In this document: piece after piece, positions 40,710-49,351 of the stretch
How the letters are laid out: every line of letters begins with the position of its first letter
How positions within the stretch are numbered: the first letter of the stretch is position 1
NCBI GenBank assembly: GCA_018714685.1
Contig: DVNC01000029.1
Location: forward strand, 3,764 to 67,763
Source: Candidatus Scatocola faecipullorum
GTDB lineage: Bacteria; Pseudomonadota; Alphaproteobacteria; RF32; CAG-239
Length of the DNA: 64,000 nt
Direction: 5' to 3'
The notes under the pieces: generated by a model
What the model saw: the letters and a program-made list of their open reading frames with translations, nothing else
Databases searched by the model: none
What the model was told of the DNA's origin: nothing
Position numbers and translations under genes: made by a program

Positions 40710-41864
40710 ATGACCGAAAAAGACTATTACGAATTACTGGAAGTCAGCCGTGACGCCAACGGCGATGAAATTAAAAAATCATATCGCCGCCTGGCCATGA
40801 AATATCATCCTGACCGGAACCCGGGCAATAAGGAAGCTGAAGCCAAATTCAAGGAAATTAATGAAGCTTATGATGTTTTGAAAGACGAGCAGAAACGTGC
40901 GGCTTATGACCGGTACGGGCATCAGGCTTTTGCCTCCGGCATGGGCGGCGGCAATCCGTTCGGCGGCTTTGAGTTTAATTTCGGCAGCGGCGGTTTCTCC
41001 GATATTTTCTCTGATATTTTTTCCGAATTTATGGGCGGCGGTCAGCAGCGCGGCAGCAGTGGGTCTTATGCCCGGCACGGGGCGGATGTCCGCTATAATC
41101 TGGAAATCACGCTGGAAGAAGCTTTCAGCGGCGTCGAAAAAGAGATTTCCATCCCTTCGTCGGTTGTTTGCGAAGACTGCCGCGGTTTCGGTACGGCAGA
41201 CGGCAAAGAACCGCCGGTATGCCCGACTTGCCACGGCCATGGCAAAGTGCAGATGCGCCAGGGCGGCTTTTTTATTGTTGAACAGACCTGCCCGAATTGC
41301 AAAGGCCGCGGTCGGATAGTTAAAGACAAATGCAAAAAATGCGGCGGCGAGGGTGTCCTGCATAAAGAAAAGGTTTTGAAAGTCAAAATTCCCGCCGGCG
41401 TGGAAAGTGATACCCGGATGCGAATTGCCGGGGAAGGAGAGCCGGGACTTCATGGCGGACAAAACGGCGATTTGTATGTCTTTATTACCGTAAAACCGCA
41501 TAAACTCTACAGCCGCGAAGGAGCCAATCTTTATACCCGGGTTCCGGTTTCTATGGCTTGTGCCGCCCTGGGCGGAAAAATAGAGATTCCGAGTATCGAC
41601 GGTGAAAAAATCGAACTTGAAATCAAAGCCGGTACCCAGTCTGACCAGCAGATTAAAATTCAGGACGAAGGAATGACAATCCTGCGCTCCAAACGCCGCG
41701 GCGATTTGTTTGTCAAATTCCGGGTTGAGACGCCGGTTAATCTGTCAGCCCGCCAAAAGGAACTGCTGGAAGAATTCCGCGCCATCAGCAAAGACGATAG
41801 CTGCCAGCCGGAATCCAAAGGTTTTCTTGACCGGATTAAAGACCTGTTTAAATCCGTCGCCTGA
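40710..41864 (+). CDS. dnaJ: Molecular chaperone DnaJ
   Basis: J domain with HPD, a G/F-rich linker and four CxxCxGxG zinc-finger repeats. Confidence 0.96.
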   Translation: MTEKDYYELLEVSRDANGDEIKKSYRRLAMKYHPDRNPGNKEAEAKFKEINEAYDVLKDEQKRAAYDRYGHQAFASGMGGGNPFGGFEFNFGSGGFSDIFSDIFSEFMGGGQQRGSSGSYARHGADVRYNLEITLEEAFSGVEKEISIPSSVVCEDCRGFGTADGKEPPVCPTCHGHGKVQMRQGGFFIVEQTCPNCKGRGRIVKDKCKKCGGEGVLHKEKVLKVKIPAGVESDTRMRIAGEGEPGLHGGQNGDLYVFITVKPHKLYSREGANLYTRVPVSMACAALGGKIEIPSIDGEKIELEIKAGTQSDQQIKIQDEGMTILRSKRRGDLFVKFRVETPVNLSARQKELLEEFRAISKDDSCQPESKGFLDRIKDLFKSVA

Positions 41865-41872
41865 TTTTTAAT

Positions 41873-41948
41873 CCTCAAACCCCGGCAATCCGGGGTTGAG
41901 ATATTTAATAAACAAAAAAACCGCCCTTTCGGACGGTTTTTTTTAGCA
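41873..41948. terminator. Two hairpins between convergent dnaJ and tsf
   Basis: CTCAAACCCCGG-CAAT-CCGGGGTTGAG, and AACCG...CGGTT flanked by A8/T8. Confidence 0.65.
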
Positions 41949-41958
41949 ATTGCAAAGA

Positions 41959-42885
41959 TTATTTGCTCAGCTGAGCAGCAACCTCGGCGGCAAAATCTTC
42001 TTCTTTTTTCTGCAGGCCTTCACCCAAACGGAAGCAGACAAATTCTTTCAGTTTGATGTCTGTGCCAAGCTCTTTGGCGGCTTCGGCAATAACGTCTTTA
42101 ACTTTCTTGTCCGGATCCATAATATAAGCCTGTTCTTCCAGAACAACTTCGTCATAATATTTTTTAACGCGGCCTTCAACCATTTTTTCAATGATGTTTG
42201 CCGGTTTGCCGGAAGCTTTGGCCTGTTCGGCAAAGATTGATTTTTCATGTTCAACCGCTGCCGGATCAACACTGGCAATATCCAGAAATTGCGGAGCGGA
42301 AGCGGCAACATGCATGGCAATATGTTTGCCCAGTTCGGCCAGTTTGGTTTTGTCGCCGGTTGATTCCAACGCAACCAGAACACCGATTTTGCCGACATTC
42401 GGACGAGCCGCATTGTGAATATAAGATGCAACGACGCCGTCTTTGACTTCAATCATTTTAGCGCGGCGCAGATTCATATTTTCACCGATTTTGGCAATCA
42501 TGTCGGTCAGACGTTCTTCAAAAGACTTGTGAACTTTCGGGCACTGGAAAGTTTTCATGTCGCAGACTTCGCCTTTATACATCAAAGCAACCTGAGCGGC
42601 ATCTTCAACATATTCCTGAAAGATTTCGTTTTTGGCAACAAAGTCGGTTTCGGAGTTTACTTCGACAACCGCGCCCTTGTTTCCGTCAACCGCAACGGCA
42701 ACCAAGCCTTCGGCAGCGATACGGCTGGCTTTTTTAGCTGCGCTGGCCAAACCTTTTTTGCGCAGCCAGTCAATGGCCTGTTCCATATCCCCGTTAGTTT
42801 CGGTCAGGGCTTTTTTGCAGTCCAGCATGCCGGCACTTGTTGTTTCTCTCAGTTCTTTGACCATAGCGGCAGTAATATTTGTCAT
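41959..42885 (-). CDS. tsf: Elongation factor Ts
   Basis: ITAAMVKELRE.T.AGMLDCKKAL N-terminal UBA-like domain. Confidence 0.95.
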   Translation of the reverse strand: MTNITAAMVKELRETTSAGMLDCKKALTETNGDMEQAIDWLRKKGLASAAKKASRIAAEGLVAVAVDGNKGAVVEVNSETDFVAKNEIFQEYVEDAAQVALMYKGEVCDMKTFQCPKVHKSFEERLTDMIAKIGENMNLRRAKMIEVKDGVVASYIHNAARPNVGKIGVLVALESTGDKTKLAELGKHIAMHVAASAPQFLDIASVDPAAVEHEKSIFAEQAKASGKPANIIEKMVEGRVKKYYDEVVLEEQAYIMDPDKKVKDVIAEAAKELGTDIKLKEFVCFRLGEGLQKKEEDFAAEVAAQLSK

Positions 42886-42982
42886 TTAATTTTTCCTCTT
42901 GTGAAATTTTTAAACCAATGCGGCGATATCTTTACGAATAAAGTACCGCCGCGAAAGTTTGCTTGAAGCTAAGCTAAAAAAA

Positions 42983-43786
42983 TTATTCGGCTACGGCTTC
43001 AACTTCCTCTTTAGCTTTTTTGGCAGTTCTTTTTTTAGCCGGTTTGGCTTCAATATTTTCAACAGCTTCTTCGACTTTAACGCCCTGAGCTGCAATTTCA
43101 GCCTGCATACCGTCCAAAACGGCGGAAGACACTAACTCGCAGTAGAATTGAATAGCGCGGATAGCGTCATCGTTGCCCGGAACCGGGAAGTCAACTTCAT
43201 TGGGGTTAGCGTTGGTATCGCAGATGCCGATAACCGGGATACCCAGTTTTTTGGCTTCTTTGATGGCCAGGTCTTCTTTCGGCGTATCAATAACGAACAG
43301 CATATCCGGCTGGCCGCCCATGTTCATGATGCCGCCCAGTTCCTTATTTAATTTTTCCTGTTCTTTTTTGATGTTCTGCATTTCTTTTTTGGTGTAACCG
43401 TCAAATGCGTTTTTCTCAAACATCTCATTCAGTTTAACGAGACGGGAAATTGATTTGTAAACGGTTTTCCAGTTAGTCAGCATACCGCCTAACCAACGGT
43501 GATTTACATAATACTGGCCGCAGCGTTCGGCATTTTCCTTGATCAGGTCCTGAGCTTGTCTTTTGGTGCCGACAAACAGAATTTTACCGCCCTGGGCAGC
43601 AACTTCGCGCGCTGCATTCAAAGCAGTGTACAGCATCGGATAAGTTTTCTGCAGGTCGATAATGTGAATGTTGTCTTTTTTGCCGTAAATATACGGAGCC
43701 ATGCTCGGATTCCAACGACGGGCGTGGTGACCGAAGTGAACGCCGGCTTCTACCATCTGGCGCAGTGTAAATGTAGGAAGAGTCAT
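42983..43786 (-). CDS. rpsB: 30S ribosomal protein S2
   Basis: GVHFGHHARRWNPSM motif, upstream of tsf as usual. Confidence 0.95.
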   Translation of the reverse strand: MTLPTFTLRQMVEAGVHFGHHARRWNPSMAPYIYGKKDNIHIIDLQKTYPMLYTALNAAREVAAQGGKILFVGTKRQAQDLIKENAERCGQYYVNHRWLGGMLTNWKTVYKSISRLVKLNEMFEKNAFDGYTKKEMQNIKKEQEKLNKELGGIMNMGGQPDMLFVIDTPKEDLAIKEAKKLGIPVIGICDTNANPNEVDFPVPGNDDAIRAIQFYCELVSSAVLDGMQAEIAAQGVKVEEAVENIEAKPAKKRTAKKAKEEVEAVAE

Positions 43787-44116
43787 ATTTTATATCCTTT
43801 TTCCGGTTAAACCTCCGCAGACTTATCGGTCTTCAAACTTAAAGACACCGGAGCGAAAAATCAGGCGATTCCCCGCCATGTCTGCGTGTGTGTTATTGTT
43901 AAAACATTGGAATTACCATTAATTCCATGCTTCTTTTAATCCCTGTTTCCCTAATTTGCAAGCATTTTTTTTCATTTTGGCCGCATTCGTCGGCTTTGCT
44001 TTCGGGCTGTGGAATTTCAGTCATGATGATTTTTTGTGACAGATTCGCTTTTAAGGCTTGTAAATCTTGATGTTTTAGCTTATTTTACAGCATAAATTTT
44101 AGCTAAAAGGTAAGAA

Positions 44117-46105
44117 ATGTCAGATTTATTTGAAAGCACAGCACCGAAACAGGAAACTTATTCGGCACAGGACATTCAGGTCTTGGAAGGGCTTGAGGCC
44201 GTTCGTGCCCGCCCCGGTATGTATATTGGCGGAACGGATGCTCAGGCACTTCACCATCTTGTTGCCGAAATTCTGGATAACTCCATGGATGAAGCCGTTG
44301 CCGGCTATGCCAACCGTATCGAAGTTAAGATGAATGCCGATTATTCCGTCACCATCACCGATAACGGCCGCGGTATCCCGGTTGACCCGCATCCGAAGTA
44401 TCCCGACATGTCGGCGCTGGAAGTCATTCTGACCATGTTGCACTCCGGCGGCAAGTTCGGCGGCGGTGCTTACAAGGTTTCCGGCGGTTTGCACGGTGTC
44501 GGCCTGTCGGTCGTCAATGCTCTGTCTTCCTCTCTGGTGGTTGAAATCGCCCGCGATAAAAAGCTTTATCGCCAAACTTATGCCAAGGGCAAACCGACTT
44601 CTGCTTTGGAGTTGGTCGGCAATGCGCCCAACCGTCGCGGCACTTCGATTACTTTTCTGCCTGATCCGGAGATTTTCGGTTCCAATTCTCAGCTGAACCC
44701 TAACCGGGTTTACCGCATGGCCCGTTCCAAAGCTTTTCTGTTTAAGGGTATTTTTATTAATTGGAAATGTGCGCCGGAAGTGTTAAGCGAAGGCGAGCAA
44801 ACGCCGCTGGAAGCCGAATTGCACTATCCCAACGGTCTGCTTGATTTCTTAAATTATCAGCTTGGTGCCCGTGCGACCGTCAATCGTATGCCTTTTTCCG
44901 GCGATGCCGATTTGGCCAATGACGAAGGACGGGTCGAATGGTCGATTACCTGGCCGGAAGATGAAAACGGCTTTTGTTATTCTTACTGCAACACGGTTAT
45001 CACCCCTGAAGGCGGCACCCATGAGATGGGGTTCCGGGCGGCCTTGATTCGCAGTCTGAAAGAATACGGCGAAATGGCCAATGTCAAAAAAGCCGCTTCC
45101 GTTACTGCCGAAGATCTGTTGAGCGACGCCTGCATTATGCTCTCGGTCTTTATCCGCGATCCGCAGTTTCAAGGGCAGACGAAAGATAAGCTGACCTCCG
45201 TCAAGGCGATTCGTTTGGTCGAACAGGCAGTCAAAGATTCTTTTGACCACTGGCTGAGCTCCGATAAGGAAAATGCGACCGCATTGCTGGAATATGTGAT
45301 TGAACGCGCCGAAAGCCGCAAAAAGAAGAAAGAAGAAAAAATTCAAAACCGTAAAACCCCGACCAAAAAACTGCGTCTCCCCGGCAAGCTGGCCGACTGT
45401 TCGCAGGCTTCGGCGGAGAATACGGAAATCTTTATCGTCGAAGGCGATTCTGCCGGCGGCTCGGCCAAACAGGGGCGCGACCGTTTTACGCAGGCGATTC
45501 TCCCGCTGCGAGGCAAAATTTTGAACGTTGCCAGCGCTTCGCTGGATAAAATCACCCAGAACCAGGAAATCAAAGATATGATTGAAGCTCTGGGCTGCGG
45601 GATTAAAGATAATTATAAGGAAGAAAATCTCCGTTACGAAAAGATCATCATTATGACCGATGCGGATGTTGACGGTGCGCATATCGCTTCTCTGCTGATG
45701 ACCTTTTTCTATCAGCAGATGCCGAAACTGATTGAAAACGGACATCTTTATATCGCTACTCCGCCGCTTTACAAAATCGTTGTCGGCAATAAAAACTTTT
45801 ATGCGATTGACGATGAAGACAAAGACCGGATTCTCAAACGGGAAGTCAAAGGCAATACCCGTCCGGATATCAGCCGTTTCAAAGGATTGGGTGAAATGAG
45901 CGCGCTTCAGCTGAAGGAAACCACCATGGACAAGAATAAACGCACCCTTCTGCGCGTGGTTATTCCGACCCCGAATACCGAGGAGGGCAAAGAAGAGTGT
46001 TTTGAAACCCGCCGCCAGGTCGAGCGTTTGATGGGTAAAAACCCTGAAACCCGCTTTAAATTCATTATCGAACGCGCCAAGTTCGTTGATGATTTGGATA
46101 TTTAA
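44117..46105 (+). CDS. parE: DNA topoisomerase IV subunit B
   Basis: GHKL plus Toprim, 662 aa. It lacks the GyrB C-terminal insert, which distinguishes it from the gyrB at 945..3386. Confidence 0.9.
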   Translation: MSDLFESTAPKQETYSAQDIQVLEGLEAVRARPGMYIGGTDAQALHHLVAEILDNSMDEAVAGYANRIEVKMNADYSVTITDNGRGIPVDPHPKYPDMSALEVILTMLHSGGKFGGGAYKVSGGLHGVGLSVVNALSSSLVVEIARDKKLYRQTYAKGKPTSALELVGNAPNRRGTSITFLPDPEIFGSNSQLNPNRVYRMARSKAFLFKGIFINWKCAPEVLSEGEQTPLEAELHYPNGLLDFLNYQLGARATVNRMPFSGDADLANDEGRVEWSITWPEDENGFCYSYCNTVITPEGGTHEMGFRAALIRSLKEYGEMANVKKAASVTAEDLLSDACIMLSVFIRDPQFQGQTKDKLTSVKAIRLVEQAVKDSFDHWLSSDKENATALLEYVIERAESRKKKKEEKIQNRKTPTKKLRLPGKLADCSQASAENTEIFIVEGDSAGGSAKQGRDRFTQAILPLRGKILNVASASLDKITQNQEIKDMIEALGCGIKDNYKEENLRYEKIIIMTDADVDGAHIASLLMTFFYQQMPKLIENGHLYIATPPLYKIVVGNKNFYAIDDEDKDRILKREVKGNTRPDISRFKGLGEMSALQLKETTMDKNKRTLLRVVIPTPNTEEGKEECFETRRQVERLMGKNPETRFKFIIERAKFVDDLDI

Positions 46106-46110
46106 GCGCA

Positions 46111-46135
46111 CCGCCTCTTCGGAGGCGGTTTTTTT
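46111..46135 (+). terminator. parE terminator
   Basis: CCGCCTC-TTCG-GAGGCGG followed by T7. Confidence 0.85.
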
Positions 46136-46210
46136 ATCCGTGGCAAGGAAAAATTAACCGCTTTGCCGCTATTAATAAACCGCTTACAACTTTATTGGAA
46201 ACGGATTTTT

Positions 46211-46678
46211 ATGATACGTCGCCTGATTCCCTCGGATATCCCGGCTGTTTTGGAACTGTGGCTCCGCAGCACCAAACAGGCGCATCCGTTTATTGCTCCC
46301 GGCTATTGGGACGAAAATACCGGTTTGGTGAAAGATATGCTGACTCGGCAGGCGGAAACTTATGTCTTTGCTGACAAGCACCGGATTAAAGGTTTTGTCA
46401 GTCTGCTGCCGGAAAATTTTATCGGAGCCTTGTTTGTTGATGAAAAATTTCGCTCCCGCCGTATCGGTACCAAATTGCTGAACTATATTCTCCGCCGGCG
46501 TTCTGCAGCTTCGCTGCATGTTTATGCCGCCAATCGGCCGGCCGTTGATTTTTACCGCCGAAACGGTTTTAAAATCATTATGGAACAAACCGATATTTCC
46601 TCCGGTCAGCCGGAATTGCTGATGGCGCGAGCCTGCGGTTCCTTCCGGGGCATCAGCCGCCGTCCGGGAGAATCCTGA
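46211..46678 (+). CDS. GNAT-family N-acetyltransferase
   Basis: MIRRLIPSDIP... with the acetyl-CoA motif RSRRIGTKLL. I moved the start from the TTG at 46163 to the ATG at 46211. Confidence 0.75.
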   Translation: MIRRLIPSDIPAVLELWLRSTKQAHPFIAPGYWDENTGLVKDMLTRQAETYVFADKHRIKGFVSLLPENFIGALFVDEKFRSRRIGTKLLNYILRRRSAASLHVYAANRPAVDFYRRNGFKIIMEQTDISSGQPELLMARACGSFRGISRRPGES

Positions 46679-46766
46679 TTTTGCTTGATTTGTTTGGTAA
46701 TGATGATTAAATAATCCTCAATGAGCGATTATTAACCTGATTATTAACTTTTAAAACCCGAGTATT

Positions 46767-46886
46767 ATGTTTTTGATAGCAGGGTTAGTTGTCGGCGGTT
46801 TCGCTTGGGGCATGTGCAAGCTTTGCGGTGTTGAAGGTCCCCACGATCCGGCAAACGACATCTATGACAACCCGTTCCAGCCGTAG
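46767..46886 (+). CDS. Possible 39-aa membrane micro-protein (MFLIAGLVVGGFAWGMCKLCG...)
   Basis: A hydrophobic helix followed by CxxC. No clear RBS. Followed by the terminator at 46954..46996. Confidence 0.3.
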   Translation: MFLIAGLVVGGFAWGMCKLCGVEGPHDPANDIYDNPFQP

Positions 46887-46953
46887 TTTGAGATTGCCGA
46901 ACTTTGTTTCCGCAGTCTGTTCTCAAGGCTTTTGCCTTTGCGTATTTTAAGTT

Positions 46954-46996
46954 AAAACCGTCGCCCGATTATCCCGGCCGACGGTTTTCTTTTTAT
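46954..46996 (+). terminator. Rho-independent terminator
   Basis: 10-bp stem AAAACCGTCG/CGACGGTTTT followed by CTTTTTA. Confidence 0.6.
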
Positions 46997-47002
46997 CCCC
47001 CC

Positions 47003-47031
47003 TTGTCAAAAAGCAAAATCAATAATATACT
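47003..47031 (+). promoter_or_regulatory. Sigma-70-like promoter of the peptide-GNAT cassette
   Basis: TTGTCA-N17-TATACT, about 50 nt upstream of the peptide ATG. Confidence 0.45.
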
Positions 47032-47083
47032 GAATAATGTACAAAGTATTTTGTGCATTCGGATTAACAACTATGGAGTATTT

Positions 47084-47239
47084 ATGTGTACTGCAACGCC
47101 GGTTATCGCGTCAGGTAACAGTAATGAAGGAGACCGATGTACGTCCTCTTCGTCAAAATATAATTATTCAAAATGTTTAACCACTGATTCTTCTTATACA
47201 GTTTTTTGTGAGGGCTTATCAGTTCTGAAGGAGGTGTAA
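47084..47239 (+). CDS. Cys/Ser/Thr-rich 51-aa peptide (MCTATPVIASGNSNEGDRCTSSSSKYNYSKCLTTDSSYTVFCEGLSVLKEV)
   Basis: GGAG RBS 5 nt upstream of the ATG. The stop lies 2 nt before the GNAT ATG, and the GNAT RBS GGAGG is embedded in its last codons. The longer TTG-initiated track ORF from 46904 runs through the terminator and promoter, so I rejected it. Confidence 0.5.
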   Translation: MCTATPVIASGNSNEGDRCTSSSSKYNYSKCLTTDSSYTVFCEGLSVLKEV

Positions 47240-47241
47240 TT

Positions 47242-47769
47242 ATGCTTTCCTTTAGAAACAAACTGGTAAAAACCGATCCTGAGGTCATTCGTCAAATCGC
47301 CGCTTCGACCGGCTTCTTTGACCGGCAGGATGTTCAAATCAACGTTGAAATTGCCGAAAATTTGCTTAATCAGAAAGATTCTGAGCATAAGTTTTTATTT
47401 GCCGATTATATGGATAAAACCGTTGCCTATGTTTGCTACGGTGAGGTTCCCGATGCCAAAGAAGGAACTTATGAAATTTATTGGCTCTCAACCTTAAATG
47501 AATACCGCGGTCTGGGTATAGGACGCAATTTGATTAATAAATTGATTACCAAACTGCGTAAAAAAGGCGCTAAAAAGATTTATGTCAAAACCGACAGTAA
47601 AGATCAATATGCGCCAACCCGCAGATTCTATAACAAATGCGGGTTCAAATTGCAGGCCGTGCTCCCCGGTTATTATGATGACAATGATAACTGCTGCATC
47701 TATGCGCTTGATTTAACCGAAAAAGATGCTCTGGGGCTCTTCCCTGACGAATATGTCGCCGCGGAATGA
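47242..47769 (+). CDS. GNAT-family N-acetyltransferase
   Basis: Motif A YRGLGIGRNLINKL and a C-terminal FYNKCGF. Confidence 0.8.
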   Translation: MLSFRNKLVKTDPEVIRQIAASTGFFDRQDVQINVEIAENLLNQKDSEHKFLFADYMDKTVAYVCYGEVPDAKEGTYEIYWLSTLNEYRGLGIGRNLINKLITKLRKKGAKKIYVKTDSKDQYAPTRRFYNKCGFKLQAVLPGYYDDNDNCCIYALDLTEKDALGLFPDEYVAAE

Positions 47770-47783
47770 ATGAAATAAAAATC

Positions 47784-47811
47784 GGCGGGAGTAAAATCCC
47801 GCCATTTTTTT
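47784..47811 (+). terminator. Terminator of the peptide-GNAT cassette
   Basis: GGCGGGA-GTAAAA-TCCCGCC followed by ATTTTTTTT. Confidence 0.8.
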
Positions 47812-47812
47812 G

Positions 47813-47843
47813 TTGACTTAGAGTAAGCTCTAAATGTTACACT
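47813..47843 (+). promoter_or_regulatory. MerR-type promoter/operator with a 19-bp spacer
   Basis: TTGACT-N19-TACACT. The perfect inverted repeat TTAGAG-TAAG-CTCTAA (47818..47833) lies inside the spacer. A MerR-family gene is in the downstream operon. Confidence 0.6.
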
Positions 47844-47866
47844 GTAAATAATAACAAGGAGGGCTT

Positions 47867-48361
47867 ATGAAAGAAGCAAAAACATTTTACTATCGCTTTG
47901 ATAAAATCAACGCCTGGTTTGTTTTTAATGCGGCGCTGCTGATTACCATGCTTTATGTCAGCATTAAATGCTATTGTCTGCTCTTTTGGTGGCAGACGCA
48001 GGTTTTATGGGGCGTAACCGTTTTTTCCTGGCTGGTTTGGAGTTATAAATATCTTTTGCCGCAAAGACTGGCCGTTGTTGATGATAAAACCATCACGATT
48101 GACCATTGCCGTCCGTTGGCCTGGAAAGACATTAAAAATGCCGAAGAAAAGATTGTCCGTTGCGGCTTCCGCCGTCTGAGGATAATTGTTCTTCACCCCA
48201 AAAAAGGCATAAATTACCGCTATAATTTTTTGCAGCGGCATAACGGAGACTTTACGCCGTTTTCGATTCCTCTCTATGAAATTGTCAGTCCCGAAGATGC
48301 GGCTGAATTAACGGAGATAATCGCCGAAAAAGTCAAATTAACCCGATTGCCGCAGGCTTAG
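47867..48361 (+). CDS. Membrane protein (164 aa, two N-terminal TM helices)
   Basis: RBS AAGGAGGG. Lies 14 nt upstream of the MerR-family gene. Confidence 0.65.
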   Translation: MKEAKTFYYRFDKINAWFVFNAALLITMLYVSIKCYCLLFWWQTQVLWGVTVFSWLVWSYKYLLPQRLAVVDDKTITIDHCRPLAWKDIKNAEEKIVRCGFRRLRIIVLHPKKGINYRYNFLQRHNGDFTPFSIPLYEIVSPEDAAELTEIIAEKVKLTRLPQA

Positions 48362-48375
48362 AAAAGGAGAGATAA

Positions 48376-48804
48376 ATGGGATACTCGATTGGCCAGGTCG
48401 CCAAAAAAACCGGTTTGGGCGTCCATACGCTGCGTTACTATGAAAAAGAAGGACTGCTGCCGTTTGTCCGTAAAAGCGGTTCCGGCCTGCGGATTTATTC
48501 CGACAGTGACATCGGCTGGCTGGGAATGATTGAGTGCCTGAAAGGAACCGGAATGACCCTGAAAGGCATTAAACAATATATCGACTGGTATATTGAAGGC
48601 GATTCGACTTTGGAACAGCGCTTGGAAATGTTTAAACGTCAAAAAGTAAAACTGGAAGAACAACTGGCGGAATTGCAAAAGAATATGGCTAAAATTGATT
48701 ATAAAATCAGCCTTTATACGGAAGCCGTCAAAGTCGGAAGTCTGGATAAGGTGTCTGCCGCACCGCAGTTCAGCAAATTGCGGGAAAGCCTGTTTGGCAA
48801 TTAA
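48376..48804 (+). CDS. MerR-family transcriptional regulator, AdhR/NmlR-like
   Basis: HTH IGQVAKKTGLGVHTLRYYEKEGLL. The conserved Cys context MIECLKGTGM and the EGD.T.E.R segment are recalled from B. subtilis AdhR. Confidence 0.8.
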   Translation: MGYSIGQVAKKTGLGVHTLRYYEKEGLLPFVRKSGSGLRIYSDSDIGWLGMIECLKGTGMTLKGIKQYIDWYIEGDSTLEQRLEMFKRQKVKLEEQLAELQKNMAKIDYKISLYTEAVKVGSLDKVSAAPQFSKLRESLFGN

Positions 48805-48820
48805 AGATTCGTCAAGTCAA

Positions 48821-48848
48821 AGGCTTGCCTCAAAGCAGGCCTTTTTAT
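48821..48848 (+). terminator. Terminator of the MerR operon
   Basis: AGGCTTGC-CTCAAA-GCAGGCCT followed by TTTTAT. Confidence 0.65.
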
Positions 48849-48919
48849 ATGGCGTTGTCTAAACAAATGGAGCGGTTGCTTTGCTCTTTTTTCGGGCGAT
48901 TCCCTGTGTCAGAGTTTGT

Positions 48920-48972
48920 CCATAAAAAAACCGCCTGATGGCGGGTTTGAAACTGGCGGAACTGAGGGGAAT
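48920..48972 (-). repeat. Degenerate duplicate of the tRNA-Ala 3' end plus its terminator
   Basis: CCATAAAAAAACCG plus a hairpin plus TGGCGGAACTGAGGGGAAT, compared with 49120..49173 (CCATAAAAAAACCG plus a hairpin plus TGGTGGAGCTGAGGGGAAT). The hairpin is retained with different stem bases (CCGCC/GGCGG versus CCGTC/GACGG). Confidence 0.65.
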
Positions 48973-49119
48973 TCGGGAGTTCGGTTTGTAACATTCGCTC
49001 TCATTGCTGTCGCTTGTTTGCTCATTAACAAACGCTTACCGCTCGCAACGAAAACACCGCTGCTCTGGTGTTTTCTATCGGCTCGCACCCTCTCGGGTTC
49101 AGTGCCAAAATAAGTTTAG
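48973..49119 (-). other. Mini-insert between tRNA-Ala(GGC) and its duplicated 3' end
   Basis: Both termini are homologous to the tRNA-Arg insert at 50853..50951: AACTTAT... next to the tRNA, and GACAGCAATGAGAGCGAA versus GACGGCAAGAGAGCGAA next to the duplicate. Has internal hairpins AAAACACC/GGTGTTTT and GTTTG-N8-CAAAC. Confidence 0.5.
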
Positions 49120-49154
49120 CCATAAAAAAACCGTCCTCAAAGACGGCTTTTTTA

Positions 49155-49230
<76 letters not shown>

Positions 49231-49351
49231 ATAAAAATATCTGTTCCTCTCGGAACAAGCTGAATATAGATAATCAAAAAACGATTGTCAAATCTTTTTT
49301 TTCATAAAATAAATAAAAAAGCCGATTTAACATCGGCTTTTTCAAAAACGT

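Noticed and set aside
43870-44026. 41-aa minus-strand ORF in the rpsB-parE intergenic region.
   Set aside because: It has no RBS and an arbitrary composition. The region is more likely the promoter and leader DNA of rpsB and parE.
44849-46111. 420-aa minus-strand ORF opposite parE.
   Set aside because: It is antisense to an unambiguous topoisomerase IV subunit B gene and has shadow-frame composition.
46725-46750. Direct repeat GATTATTAAC x2, giving TTAA-N8-TTAA, which looks like a CtrA box.
   Set aside because: The spacing is 8 rather than the canonical 7 nt, and it is a single occurrence in an AT-rich spacer. That is not enough for a call.
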